From contig NIVC01001182.1 in assembly GCA_002269645.1 (NCBI GenBank), positions 186,001 through 250,000 on the forward strand: a DNA stretch of 64,000 bases. Reading direction: 5' to 3'. The stretch is from Macrostomum lignano (Eukaryota). Under the pieces are notes generated by a model. That model did no database searches. It was not told the origin of the DNA and was given only the letters and a program-made list of their open reading frames with translations. Positions 13,301 to 51,194 of the stretch are shown piece after piece (position 1 is the first letter of the stretch; the number at the start of each line of letters is the position of its first letter). The translations under genes were made by a program, and so were the position numbers.

Positions 13301-14743
13301 ATAATCCATACAGACACACGATAATCCATACAGACACAGGATAATCCATACAGACACACGATAATCCAGACAGACACACGATAATCCATACAGACACACG
13401 ATAATCTATACAAACACACGATAATCCAGACAGACACAGGATAATCCACACAGACACACGATAATCCATACAGACACACGATAATCCTGACAGACACAGG
13501 ATAATCCATACAGACATACGATAATCCATACAGACACACGATAATCTATACAGACACACGATAATCCATACAAACACACGATAATCCATACAGTCACACG
13601 ATAATCCATACAGACACACGATAATCCATACAGACACACGATAATCCATACAGACACACGATAATCCGTACAGACACACGATAATCTATACAGACACACG
13701 ATAATCCATACAGTCACACGATAATCCATACAGACACAGGATAATCCATGCAGACACACGATAATCCATACAGACACACGATAATCCATACAGACACACG
13801 ATAATCCATACAGACACAGGATAATCCATACAGACACATGATAATCCATACAGACACACGATAATCCATACAGACACACGATAATCTATACAAACACACG
13901 ATAATCCAGACAGACACAGGATAATCCACATAGACACACGATAATCCATACAGACACACGATAATCCTGACAGACACAGGATAATCCATGCAGACACACG
14001 ATAATCCATACAGACACACGATAATCTATACAGACACACGATAATCCATACAAACACACGATAATCCATACAGACACACGATAATCCATACAGACACACG
14101 ATAATCTATACAGACACACGATAATCCATACAAACACACGATAATCCATACAGACACAGGATAATCCATGCAGACACACGATAATCTATACAGACACACG
14201 ATAATCCATACAGACACACGATAATCTATACAGACACACGATCCCCTGATTCCACAAGCCAAGCTGAGATACCAATTCAGCCCCAAATTAATGTGACTGC
14301 ACTAGGAATCGAGCCTGGGCCGCTGGCACATGAGAGCGCCGCACTAGATCACTGGGCTACGGTCCCTATCATTCAAATAGACTAAATCAAACTAACAGTG
14401 TGGCACCAGTTACATAATTATCATCTAATCCCCAGCCGGCAGTAACAGCAAAGCCAGTGGAGGCAGTGCCGACGCTTACGCAGTCAAAGAGCTGCGCGAC
14501 ATCCTGACCAGGCTAGCTGACAAGGTGGACCATCTGACCAGCAGGCATTCGGAACTGTCCGAACGCGTTGGTCGATCTGTTCAGCTCAATCAGCAGAATT
14601 CCGGCTCACAGGGCGACCAGGCCTCATCAACCTGCGCGACCACCTATGGGCTCTACTGTGCCATTCTGCTACAGACTGCAGCCTTTGTCTGCCTGGGCAT
14701 GTTCTATTTGAAACGCCAAGATGCTGCTAAGAAGTTTTATTAA
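7391..14743 (+). CDS. LMAN1: ERGIC-53 / lectin mannose-binding 1 (L-type lectin cargo receptor), 4 exons, 492 aa
   Basis: Exons 7391-7556, 8201-8691, 9412-9925, 14436-14743 (1479 nt, in frame, all GT-AG). Signal peptide, RFEYKLSFKGP, GDGLGIWF, LDTYDND, GYFGVTASTGGVSDDMDV, coiled-coil stalk, Cys before the TM helix, and cytoplasmic tail KRQDAAKKFY*. Confidence 0.95.
8720..9023 (-). mobile_element. tRNA-derived SINE, family A, copy 2 (LMAN1 intron 2)
   Basis: A/B boxes (GTAGCCTAGTGGTTAGAGC; GGTTCGATTCCC), same central and 3' body as the other two copies, AT-rich tail. Confidence 0.85.
9030..9368. repeat. 25-bp minisatellite ACTGTCAGTATTAGCGCCATGCCAA
   Basis: About 13-14 copies, directly abutting the SINE head. 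Confidence 0.95.
10130..14365 (-). mobile_element. tRNA-derived SINE, family B, split by a 4-kb minisatellite
   Basis: 10130-10262 and 14250-14365 align colinearly with the two halves of the uninterrupted copy at 42960-43190. Confidence 0.8.
10268..14242. repeat. 20-bp minisatellite CACACGATAATCCATACAGA (with 18-bp variant), about 4 kb, LMAN1 intron 3
   Basis: About 200 units. Source of all the CLYGLSCVCMDYRVSVWIIV pseudo-ORFs. Confidence 0.99.
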
Positions 14744-15479
14744 AGCTTTAATTAATATTAATGGAACTGCAGTCTTGTTGGGTGTCGGTGTGTTCCTATA
14801 AATTATTTATATATTTATTTTGTGCTTTACTAAACTTCAGAAGATCCTGTTTGATTGTTTTATAATATAGAGTCCCGACCCCCCCGTCTTGAGGCTGAGG
14901 ACAGAATGTCTATGGCCGAACCTCTCATAGAACCTGATTTCTGACTCTTGGTGCCGATATAATCCACATTAATTAACACTGTTCTTATTAACGCCTTTCC
15001 CCTAGATTGTCCTGTGGTTCAACTGTTTTGTTGCTTGTTTTTCTTTGTCAGTATTTCTTGCTCTTGGTGTGTTTCAGAACCTCTTTTTGTTTGCTTTAAA
15101 CTTTTACTCTTTTTCCAATACGAAATTAATGATTTTTGTTTAGCATCGTCAGCTTTCCAGTAGATTAAAATTAAGATTAAAGTTTTTAAGGCAGTCATTC
15201 GATTTTAAATGTTTTACAAGAACAAGCTAGTTGAAATTTTCTTTGTTCACTGTGTTTTTTCTCCTGGTGAATTGCAGCTTTTCTGTGTGTTTCTGTCAGT
15301 TTAATTGCTTTTCTGTCTAGTCTTTACTAGTGGTGTTTGGGTTCTGAATATTTTTTGACGAGAGCTTGTTATTGGGTACGTGTCCTAATATTCTAGTGCT
15401 GTCTCTCTCTCTCTCTCTCATCTCATGTCTCATCTCAGGCTCACCTCTCCACTCTAAACCCTGCCTTCATTGCAATCTT

Positions 15480-16375
15480 TAATTTCTCCCTTCATCTCAC
15501 TTTCTAGTCTCTCCCTTCATCTCGCTCTCTAATCTCTCCCTTCATCTCCCTCTCTAGTCTCTCCCTTCATCTCCCTCTCTAGTCTCTCCCTTCATCTCCC
15601 TCTCTAGTCTATCCCTTTATCTCCCTCTCTAGTCTCTCCCTTTATCTCCCTCTCTAGTCTCTTCCTTTATCTCCCTCTCTAGTCTCTTCCTTTATCTCCC
15701 TCTCTAGTCTCTCCCTTCATCTCCCTCTCTAGTCTCTCTCTTCATCTCCCTCTCTAGTCTCTTCCTTTATCTCCCTCTCTAGTCTCTCCCTTCATCTCCC
15801 TCTCTAGTCTCTTCCTTTATCTCCCTCTCTAGTCTCTTCCTTTATCTCCCTCTCTAGTCTCTCCCTTCATCTCCCTCTCTAGTCTCTCTCTTCATCTCCC
15901 TCTCTAGTCTCTTCCTTTATCTCCCTCTCTAGTCTCTCTCTTCATCTCCCTCTCTAGTCTCTCCCTTTATCTCCCTCTCTAGTCTCTTCCTTTATCTCCC
16001 TCTCTAGTCTCTCCCTTCATCTCCCTCTCTAGTCTCTTCCTTTATCTCCCTCTCTAGTCTCTTCCTTTATCTCCCTCTCTAGTCTCTCCCTTCATCTCCC
16101 TCTCTAGTCTCTCTCTTCATCTCCCTCTCTAGTCTCTTCCTTTATCTCCCTCTCTAGTCTCTCTCTTCATCTCCCTCTCTAGTCTCTCCCTTTATCTCCC
16201 TCTCTAGTCTCTTCCTTTATCTCCCTCTCTAGTCTCTCCCTTCATCTCCCTCTCTAGTCTCTCTCTTCATCTCCCTCTCTAGTCTCTTCCTTTATCTCCC
16301 TCTCTAGTCTCTCTCTTCATCTCCCTCTCTAGTCTCTCCCTTTATCTCCCTCTCTAGTCTCTCCTTTTATCTCAC
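15480..16375. repeat. 25-bp pyrimidine-rich minisatellite ATCTCCCTCTCTAGTCTCTCCCTTC
   Basis: About 35 copies. Confidence 0.95.
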
Positions 16376-16896
16376 TGTCCAGTATCCCTAATCTCACATT
16401 TAATCTCTTTTAATCCCACTTTGACTTTTGAGCCGCTAGTCAAAGAGTTTTAATTAATCTGTTTTGCCCTGTTGGTGGAAGGAGTTTATTTGCAAATGCA
16501 ATATTTTACTAGCAGTAGCTAGTAAATAGAAGTAAATATTAAAAAAATATTCTTCCATAATTTCATCGCTCTATCGTTTTAATAACCATAATTTCAATAA
16601 ATATGCGTCCTATGGCACACGCTTTGAAAATTGTGCAAGCCAAAACACGGTTGAGTCACAGCGACCAATCAAGAAATGTTCCAGGAAAAGATTGCTGAAA
16701 GCAGAAATTACTTTCTTCTTAATTTATTTCTTGCTTTGATAAAACTGGACTGCTTCTTGACAGATTTATTGCTTCGAAATCTTTCATTCAAGAGAGCAAT
16801 CATTCCTTGAGATGACGGGGCATCAAATTTTGGGCTCAATCGCGTTTTAGGCGATTATTTTATTGATTTTTCAATTTCACTTGCCACGACCGCGGC

Positions 16897-16903
16897 TATA
16901 AAA
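16897..16903 (+). promoter_or_regulatory. Candidate TATA box (TATAAAA)
   Basis: GCGGCTATAAAATG lies ~100 nt upstream of a strong donor G|GTGAG at 17000, the first of a chain of putative + strand exons. Inference only. Confidence 0.3.
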
Positions 16904-17049
16904 TGCTGGGACTTCGGTGCAGACTCCAGGAAAATTGCAAGGAAATTATTTTGCTAAGACTGGCTTCTGTTTCTTTGAGACACGCACTGAAGACTGAGGG
17001 TGAGCTGTGCTTACGGATACGCTTGAGTGTTTATGTGGCTATAACAGCC

Positions 17050-18290
17050 CGCCTCTCACCCCTCACTAGCCCTCTCTCACCCCCCGTTCCCCCTTCTCGT
17101 TCCTCTCTTTCAGCCTCTCTTTCCCCTCTTCTCTCCTCCTTCCCCTCTCTCACCCTCTCCTTCCCCTCTTCTCCTCTCATTCTCCTCTCCTTCCCCTCTC
17201 TCACCCTCTCCTTCCCCTCTTCTCCTCTCATTCTCCTCTCCTTCCCCTCTCTCACCCTCTCCTTCCCCTCTCTCACTCTCTCCTTCCCCTCTCTCACCCT
17301 CTCCTTCCCCTCTTCTCCTCTCATTCTCCTCTCCTTCCCCTCTCTCACCCTCTCCTTCCCCTCTCTCACTCTCTCCTTCCCCTCTCTCACCCTCTCCTTC
17401 CCCTCTTCTCCTCTCATTCTCCTCTCCTTCCCCTCTCTCACCTTCTCCTTCCCCTCTCTCACTCTCTCCTTCCCCTCTTCTCCTCTCATTCTCCTCTCCA
17501 TCCCCCTCTCACCCTCTCCATCCCCTCTTTCACCCTCTCTTTCCCCTTTTCTAATCTCCTTCCCCTCACCCTCTCCATCCCATTTCTCACCCTCTCCTCC
17601 CCACTCCCACCCCTCTTTCCTCTCTCTCACCCTCTCGTTCCCCCTCCCACCCTCTCGTTCCCCCTCCCACCCTCTCGTTCCCCTCCCACCCTCTCGTTCC
17701 CCCTCCTTCATCTCCCTCCTCTCGTTCTCTCGTTCCTCGTTTCTCGTTTCTCGATCCTCTCGTTCCCCTCCCACCCTCTCGTTCCCCTCCCACCCTCTCG
17801 TTCCCCCTCCCACCCTCTCGTTCCCCCTCCCACCCTCTCGTTCCCCCTCCCACCCTCTCGTTCCCCCTCCCACCCTCTCGTTCCCCCTCCCACCCTCTCG
17901 TTCCCCTCCCACCCTCTCGTTCCCCCTCCCACCCTCTCGTTCCCCCTCCCACCCTCTCGTTCCCCCTCCCACCCTCTCGTTCCCCCTCCCACCCTCTCGT
18001 TCCCCCTCCCACCCTCTCGTTCCCCCCCACCCTCTCGTTCCCCCTCCCACCCTCTCGTTCCCCCTCCCACCCTCTCGTTCCCCTCCCACCCTCTCGTTCC
18101 CCTCCCACCCTCTCGTTCCCCCTCCCACCCTCTCGTTCCCCCTCCCACCCTCTCGTTCCCCCTCCCACCCTCTCGTTCCCCCTCCCACCCTCTCGTTCCC
18201 CCTCCCACCCTCTCGTTCCCCCTCCCACCCTCTCGTTCCCCCTCCCACCCTCTCGTTCCCACTCCCACCTTTTTTCCTCACTTTCACCAT
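17050..18290. repeat. CT-rich low complexity plus ~21-bp repeat CCCCTCCCACCCTCTCGTTCC
   Basis: Direct reading. ORFs 16903-18342 and 17031-18290 are artefacts of it. Confidence 0.95.
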
Positions 18291-18414
18291 TTTCCCCTCT
18301 CTTACCAGACTCTTCTTGTCTGGTCTTCACCACATATATTGAATCCACATTTACATATCCTGCAGGTAACTGAGCCACAAATAAACAAATAAGATAGTCA
18401 ATTAACGCCAACAG

Positions 18415-18785
18415 CGTCGTGACTTCAAGCCAATCGAGACACTTCAAAAGCCCCAACGGCGCCATGTCTCACGCTGATTCAAACCCAGCCAAATCGATGA
18501 AATTTTCTTCAACGCTTCAAGCCATTTGTCCACAGTGTCCTTTGTTCCCTATGTCTACCTGTGCCAGCACTGGCTACCCCTGTTCAGCGGCTACCTTCAG
18601 TAGCGAGTCACAGCAGCACGGATTGATCTGCAGTGCCGCTGCAGCCGCCGCGGCCGCAGCTGCCGCCGCCGCTGCAGCAACCAGCTGGGCCAGAAGTAGC
18701 GGTGAGCAGACTGACAATCCAAATCATGCCCGCTGCTGCTCCTGCTCTGAAGAGTCTGCAAATTTGGCTCAGGATTTCAAGATTT
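18415..18785 (+). CDS. Putative coding exon with a poly-Ala tract (ATG 18464), possibly the 5' exon of the downstream homeobox gene
   Basis: Acceptor CCAACAG at 18414, GCCATG at 18464, GC-rich non-repetitive ORF with a 14-Ala run, and donor T|GTGAGT at 18786 (phase 1). Confidence 0.45.
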
Positions 18786-18859
18786 GTGAGTACTTGAGAG
18801 TATAATTTTGCAGCTGCTTAAAATAATGGGGGATTTTGTGTTTTTTATATGGTGCATTT

Positions 18860-19730
18860 TGGTTTTGGTACATTAGTATTGTGGTTTCGGTACAGGGTAT
18901 TGTGGTTTCGGTACAGGGTATTGTGGTTTCTGTACAGGGTATTGTGGTTTCGGTACAGGGTATTGTGGTTACGGTACAGGGTATTGTGGTTACGGTACAG
19001 GGTATTGTGGTTTCTGTACAGGGTATTGTGGTTTCTGTACAGGGTATTGTGGTTTCTGTACAGGGTATTGTGGTTTCGGTACAGGGTATTGTCGTTACGG
19101 TACAGGGTATTGTGGTTTCTGTACAGGGTATTGTGGTTTCGGTACAGGGTATTGTGGTTTCGGTACAGGGTATTGTGGTTTCGGTACAGGGTATTGTGGT
19201 TTCGGTACAGGGTATTGTGGTTTCGGTACAGGGTATTGTGGTTTCGGTACAGGGTATTGTGGTTTCGGTACAGGGTATTGTGGTTACGGTACGGGGTATT
19301 GTGGTTTCGGTACAGGTATTGTGGTTTCGGTACAGGGTATTGTGGTTTCGGTACAGGGTATTGTGGTTTCGGTACAGGGTATTGTGGTTTTGGTACATTG
19401 GTATTGTGGTTTCGGTACAGGGTATTGTGGTTTCGGTACAGGGTATTGTGGTTTCGGTACAGGGTATTGTGGTTTCTGTACAGGGTATTGTGGTTACGGT
19501 ACAGGGTATTGTGGTTTCTGTACAGGGTATTGTGGTTTCGGTACAGGGTATTGTGGTTACGGTACAGGGTATTGTGGTTACGGTACAGGGTATTGTGGTT
19601 TCGGTACAGGGTATTGTGGTTTCGGTACAGGGTATTGTGGTTTCGGTACAGGGTATTGTGGTTTCGGTACAGGGTATTTTGGTTTCGGTACAGGGTATTG
19701 TGGTTTCGGTACAGGGTATTGTGGTTTTGG
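18860..19730. repeat. 21-bp minisatellite GGTACAGGGTATTGTGGTTTC
   Basis: About 41 copies. Confidence 0.98.
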
Positions 19731-20239
19731 TGTAAAGATGTTTATCGCATAATAATTTTTTAGTTTTTTATTCTTATGCCCAGAATAGAGCCAAGCTTAG
19801 AGCGCAAGTTGCGCGATTGCATTTTGTATAGCAATATATTTCAAACAAAAAGTTTCTATGAAACAGTGAATATGCTCGGGCCCAGATCGATAATCCTTAA
19901 TTTAATGAGGATACGCTCGTAAAAATTTAAAACAAAGAAAAGTTTATAAAATGGGAATAATATTTATTCGGTTTTTGCATAAAACTAAATTTTTAATTCT
20001 TGGGGCGATCGAAGCCATGAGGTAGACAATTAAGTTTAAATATCCGTAAGATTAATAGCGATGGGCATGTTATCGTTTCTGAATCAACTACTGAGAGTGT
20101 GAGTAGTAGCGGATGGCAAGTGAAAAATTATTCTACAAAAACACAGATTCATATTATCAGGGATTAAATGTTTTGCGATGAAGATTAAAAAGCATTCCTT
20201 AGCGACCTGTTACCACCGAATAGATGTAACATTCCTGCA

Positions 20240-22170
20240 GTCAATCAGATAAACTTTCCAATCAAACAGTTGACATTCCAATCAAACAGGTGACATTCCA
20301 ATCAAGCAGATAAACATTCCAATCAAACAGGTGACATTCCAATCAAACAGGTGAACATTCCAATCAAACAGGTAAACATTTCAATCAAACAGATAAACAT
20401 TCCAATCAAACAGACAAACATTCCAATCAAACAGGCGACATTCCAATCAAACAGATAAACATTCCAATCAAACATATAAACATTCCAATCAAACATATAA
20501 ACATTCCAATCAAACAGATAAACATTTCAATCAAACAGGTGACATTCCAATCAAACAGATAAAGATAAACATTCCAATCAAACAGGTAAACATTCCAATC
20601 AAACAGATAAACATTCCAATCAAACAGATAAAGATAAACATTCCAATCAAACAGGTAAACATTCCAATCAAACAGATAAACATTCCAATCAAACAGATAA
20701 AGATAAACATTCCAATCAAACAGATAAAGATAAACATTCCAATCAAACAGATAAAGATAAACATTCCAATCAAACAGGTAAACATTCCAATCAAACAGAT
20801 AAACATTCCAATCAAACAGATAAAGATAAACATTCCAATCAAACAGATAAAGATAAACATTCCAATCAAACAGGTAAACATTCCAATTAAACAGATAAAC
20901 ATTCCAATCAAACAGATAAAGATAAACATTCCAATCAAACAGATAAAGATAAACATTCCAATCAAACAGATAAAGATAAACATTCCAATCAAACAGGTAA
21001 ACATTCCAATCAAACAGATAAACATTCCAATCAAACAGATAAAGATAAACATTCCAATCAAACAGATAAAGATAAACATTCCAATCAAACAGATAAACAT
21101 TCCAATCAAACATATAAACATTCCAATCAAACATATAAACATTCCAATCAAACAGATAAACATTTCAATCAAACAGGTGACATTCCAATCAAACAGATAA
21201 AGATAAACATTCCAATCAAACAGGTAAACATTCCAATCAAACAGATAAACATTCCAATCAAACAGATAAACATTCCAATCAAACAGATAAAGATAAACAT
21301 TCCAATCAAACAGATAAACATTCCAATCAAACAGATAAAGATAAACATTCCAATCAAACAGATAAACATTCCAATCAAACAGATAAACATTTCAATCAAA
21401 CAGATAAACATTTCAATCAAACAGATAAACATTCCAATCAAACATATAAACATTCCAATCAAACAGATAAACATTCCAATCAAACAGATAAACATTTCAA
21501 TCAAACAGATAAACATTTCAATCAAACAGATAAACATTTCAATCAAACAGATAAACATTTCAATCAAACAGATAAACATTTCAATCAAACAGATAAACAT
21601 TTCAATCAAACATATAAACATTTCAATCAAACAGATAAACATTCCAATCAAACAGATAAACATTCCAATCAAACAGATAAAGATAAACATTCCAATCAAA
21701 CAGATAAACATTCCAATCAAACAGATAAAGATAAACATTCCAATCAAACAGATAAACATTCCAATCAAACAGATAAACATTCCAATCAAACAGATAAACA
21801 TTTCAATCAAACAGGTGACATTCCAATCAAACAGATAAAGATAAACATTCCAATCAAACAGGTAAACATTCCAATCAAACAGATAAACATTCCAATCAAA
21901 CAGATAAAGATAAACATTCCAATCAAACAGATAAAGATAAACATTCCAATCAAACAGATAAACATTCCAATCAAACAGGTAAACATTCCAATCAAACAGA
22001 TAAACATTCCAATCAAACAGATAAACATTTCAATCAAACAGATAAACATTCCAATCAAACAGGTTAACATTCCAATCAAACAGATAAACATTCCAATCAA
22101 GCAGTTGACATTCCAATCACACAGGAAACGTTCCAATCAAACAGGTGACATTCCAATCAAACAGGTAACA
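20240..22170. repeat. 21-bp minisatellite AAACATTCCAATCAAACAGAT with 27-bp (AAAGAT insertion) and CAGGTGACA variants
   Basis: About 85 copies. Confidence 0.98.
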
Positions 22171-22781
22171 TTCTAACAGGTAAACAGGTAAAACTCCAAT
22201 AAAAATTATGATTACAATCAAACACAGGTACAATCAAACAGGTACACTGAGTCTCCAAACTTAAGAAAACATCCCTACTAATGGCGCTTGTGTAATGTAA
22301 ATGAAGCAAGTTGTTTTCAATACAAACAAAAGCAAAAACAGTACTCAATAATAGCAGGAAAAAGCATGATGCAATAATGTCAATAATAAAAAAGTGACTA
22401 AGTTTTGCGGGCAAAGTGCAGTTCTGTGTGTTTACAATTTAACGACACAATTACCAAGGACCACTGTACGAGATTATTTTTCCATCAAACTTTTAATTCC
22501 TTTGTTTTTTCTTTCCCATCACAAAACCAATGATTGCATTCAAGTAACACGCTGTTCACGCTAAATTAAAGGAATGGTAATCACCTTCACTGGCCCGGAT
22601 CAAATTAAAATCATTAACAGCATCTTTGAGCTTTACGTCCAGTTATACCACAGAGGTCCTTGGCAAATTCAACAAAATAATACGAGGTCAAATATAGATT
22701 GAAATGGTTTCATCTCCTGTCAGTCTGCCAGTCATGCTGCTGTTTGGAACTGCTTCCAGTAAAGTAAACCGTTTGCCCGCT

Positions 22782-48432
<25,651 letters not shown>

Positions 48433-49389
48433 GTTGTGTTGCTTGCAGCACTGTAATTTTCTACTTCTTCAAGCCTTTCGTAACAAGAATCTGTCGTCTT
48501 AAAATTCTAGTTGGCTTAACAGCTGTCAAGAACTGTCAACACACAGACCAGCGTCCAGATGTAGTAGAGACAGACCTAAATAAATGTCAGTTCACTTTTC
48601 AAGTACTGTCCCAGCCGAGCCTCCGTCTGTACTCCAACCGTACTTCCAAGTTGAGACCGAGTTATTCGAGGACCGAACAAGACTGCTTGCTTGCTGTAAC
48701 AACAGAATGGCACAAACAGTGTTAGGCGAAGCGTTTTATATAACAACTGCGGTTCTCTCCTTTCTTAGTCTTGGACTGTTCGTCAGGCACAAGCAGCGCA
48801 AGAAGGGGTGCCATGCAGTCAGACCGAACCCTCTTAGGCAAAACCCTCAACCCGTGCGCTGGAGAGAGTCTGCCAGAGATAGATGACGAATCAGCTGCAG
48901 GCTGGGGTGGGGTGGGCGGCAACTGCTATTGGAACCGTTTTTAGACGTGAAATAAGAAAGAAAAGGGAGAGAAAGATATGGAGGATTTTTTATAAGATAC
49001 TATACAGTACAAGCAATTGTTCAGATTCAAAAAACAAATAGCTCGGACTATGATTACTAATACTAATAGTATGCATTCACTAAGGTTTAATAAACTACTA
49101 AATTGTTTAATTTCACCGTCCGTACCTTAAAGTGCAGCGTCTATAGAAATGCGCAGTTTAATGTGCAGTTCGTATTATCTAAGATCTGATAGTCAACTGC
49201 AGTACGGCGATGATATGCAAACTTGTGACGAAGGCCTCTGATAAACCATAATTTGTTATCGAATATTGTACTATAGCATGCTACGGGTATATATGGGTGT
49301 CTTAAAATCGTGCACATATATAGAAATAATTGGCTGTTAGTTAGTTAGTTAGGGAGATAGTTAGGGTGAAAGTTGCATAGGTCACCTTA

Positions 49390-50990
49390 AGACAGGAGTG
49401 TCACCTGTTAGACAGGAGTGTCACCTGTTAGACAGGAATATCACCTGTTAGACAGGTGTGTCACCTGTTAGACAGGATAATGTCACCTGTTAGACAGGAG
49501 TGTCACCTGTTAGACAGGTGTGTCACCTGTTAGACAGGATAATGTCACCTGTTAGACAGGAGTGTCACCTGTTAGACAGGAGTGTCACCTGTTAGACAGG
49601 AGTGTCACCTGTTAGACAGGAGTGTAACCTGTTAGATAGGAGTGTCACCTGTTAGACAGGATAATGTCACCTGTTAGACAGGAGTGTCACCTGTTAGACA
49701 AGAGTGTCATCTGTCAGACAGGAGTGTCACCTGTTAGACAAGAGTGTCACCTGTTAGACAGGAATATCACCTGTTAGACAGGAGTGTCACCTGTTGGACA
49801 GGAGTGTCACCTGTTAGACAGGAATATCACCTGTTAGACAGGAGTGTCACCTGTTAGACAGGAGTGTCACCTGTTAGACAGGAATGTCACCTGTTAGACA
49901 GGAGTGTCACCTGTTAGACAGGAATTTCACCTTTTAGGCAGGAGTGTCACCTGTTAGACAGGAGTGTCACCTGTTAGACAGGAATATCACCTGTTAGACA
50001 GGAGTGTCACCTGTTGGACAGGAGTGTCACCTGTTAGACAGGAATATCACCTGTTAGACAGGAGTGTCACCTGTTAGACAGGAGTGTCACCTGTTAGACA
50101 GGAATGTCACCTGTTAGACAGGAGTGTCACCTGTTGGACAGGAGTGTCACCTGTTAGACAGGAGTGTCACCTGTTGGACAGGAGTGTCACCTGTTAGACA
50201 GGAATATCACCTGTTAGACAGGAGTGTCACCTGTTAGACAGGAATTTCACCTGTTAAACAGGAATTTCACCTGTTAGACGGGAGTGTCACCTGTTAGACA
50301 GGAGTGTCACCTGTTAGACAGGAATATCACCTGTTAGACAGGAGTGTCACCTGTTAGACAGGAGTGTCACCTGTTAGACAGGAATATCACCTGTTAGACA
50401 GGAGTGTCACCTGTTAGACAGGAATGTCACCTGTTAGACAGGAGTGTCACCTGTTAGACAGGAATATCACCTGTTAGACGGGAGTGTCACCTGTTAGACA
50501 GGAATTTCACCTGTTAGACAGGAATTTCACCTGTTAGACAGGAATTTCACCTGTTAGACGGGAGTGTCACCTGTTAGACAGGTGTGTCACTGGTTAGACA
50601 GGTGTGTCACTGGTTAGACAGGAGTGTAACCTGTTAGATAGGAGTGTCACCTGTTAGACAGGAGTGTCACCTGTTAGACAGGTGTGTCACTGGTTAGACA
50701 GGAGTGTAACCTGTTAGACAGGAGTGTCACCTGTTAGACAGGAATATCACCGGTTAGACAGGAGTGTCACCTGTTAGACAAAAGTGTCACCTGTTAGACA
50801 GGATAGCGTCACATGTTAGACAGGATAGCGTCACATGTTAGACAGGATAGCGTCACATGTTAGACAGGATAGCGTCACATGTTAGACAGGATAGCGTCAC
50901 ATGTTAGACAGGATAGCGTCACATGTTAGACAGGATAGCGTCACATGTTAGACAGGATAGCGTCACATGTTAGACAGGATAGCGTCACAT
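49390..50990. repeat. 20-bp quasi-palindromic minisatellite ACAGGAGTGTCACCTGTTAG, ending in a 22-bp derivative ACATGTTAGACAGGATAGCGTC
   Basis: About 70 plus 9 copies. Confidence 0.98.
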
Positions 50991-51194
50991 TGTTATATGT
51001 CACTGGTGTCACCTCGAGATGCGTAAAACCGAAAATTCATAAAAGTTAAACTACCCGTCATGTTAATAACTTTTTTTAATTATCGCACGGTTTGCTACTT
51101 ACAGTAGGCTTGTAAGTACATGGCGCAGGTACTTAAGATCGAGTCAGATTTTTAACGAAACAAAACAATTCCATCAATAATCACCACTCTCCAG

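Noticed and set aside
10189-14286. Dozens of Cys-rich ORFs (CLYGLSCVCMDYRVSVWIIV)n
   Set aside because: Translations of a 20-bp minisatellite in an LMAN1 intron, open in several frames at once.
18560-18770. Minus-strand short Cys/Gly peptide (MIWIVSLLTATSGPAGCCSGGG...) or an extra NELL exon
   Set aside because: NELL already terminates at 22782 with no donor before the stop; the reading is the antisense of the GCN poly-Ala run.
16903-19763. Long Pro/Ser-rich, Gly/Glu/Arg-rich and (VVSVQGI)n ORFs up to 479 aa
   Set aside because: Low-complexity and 21-bp tandem repeats with no stop codons by composition.
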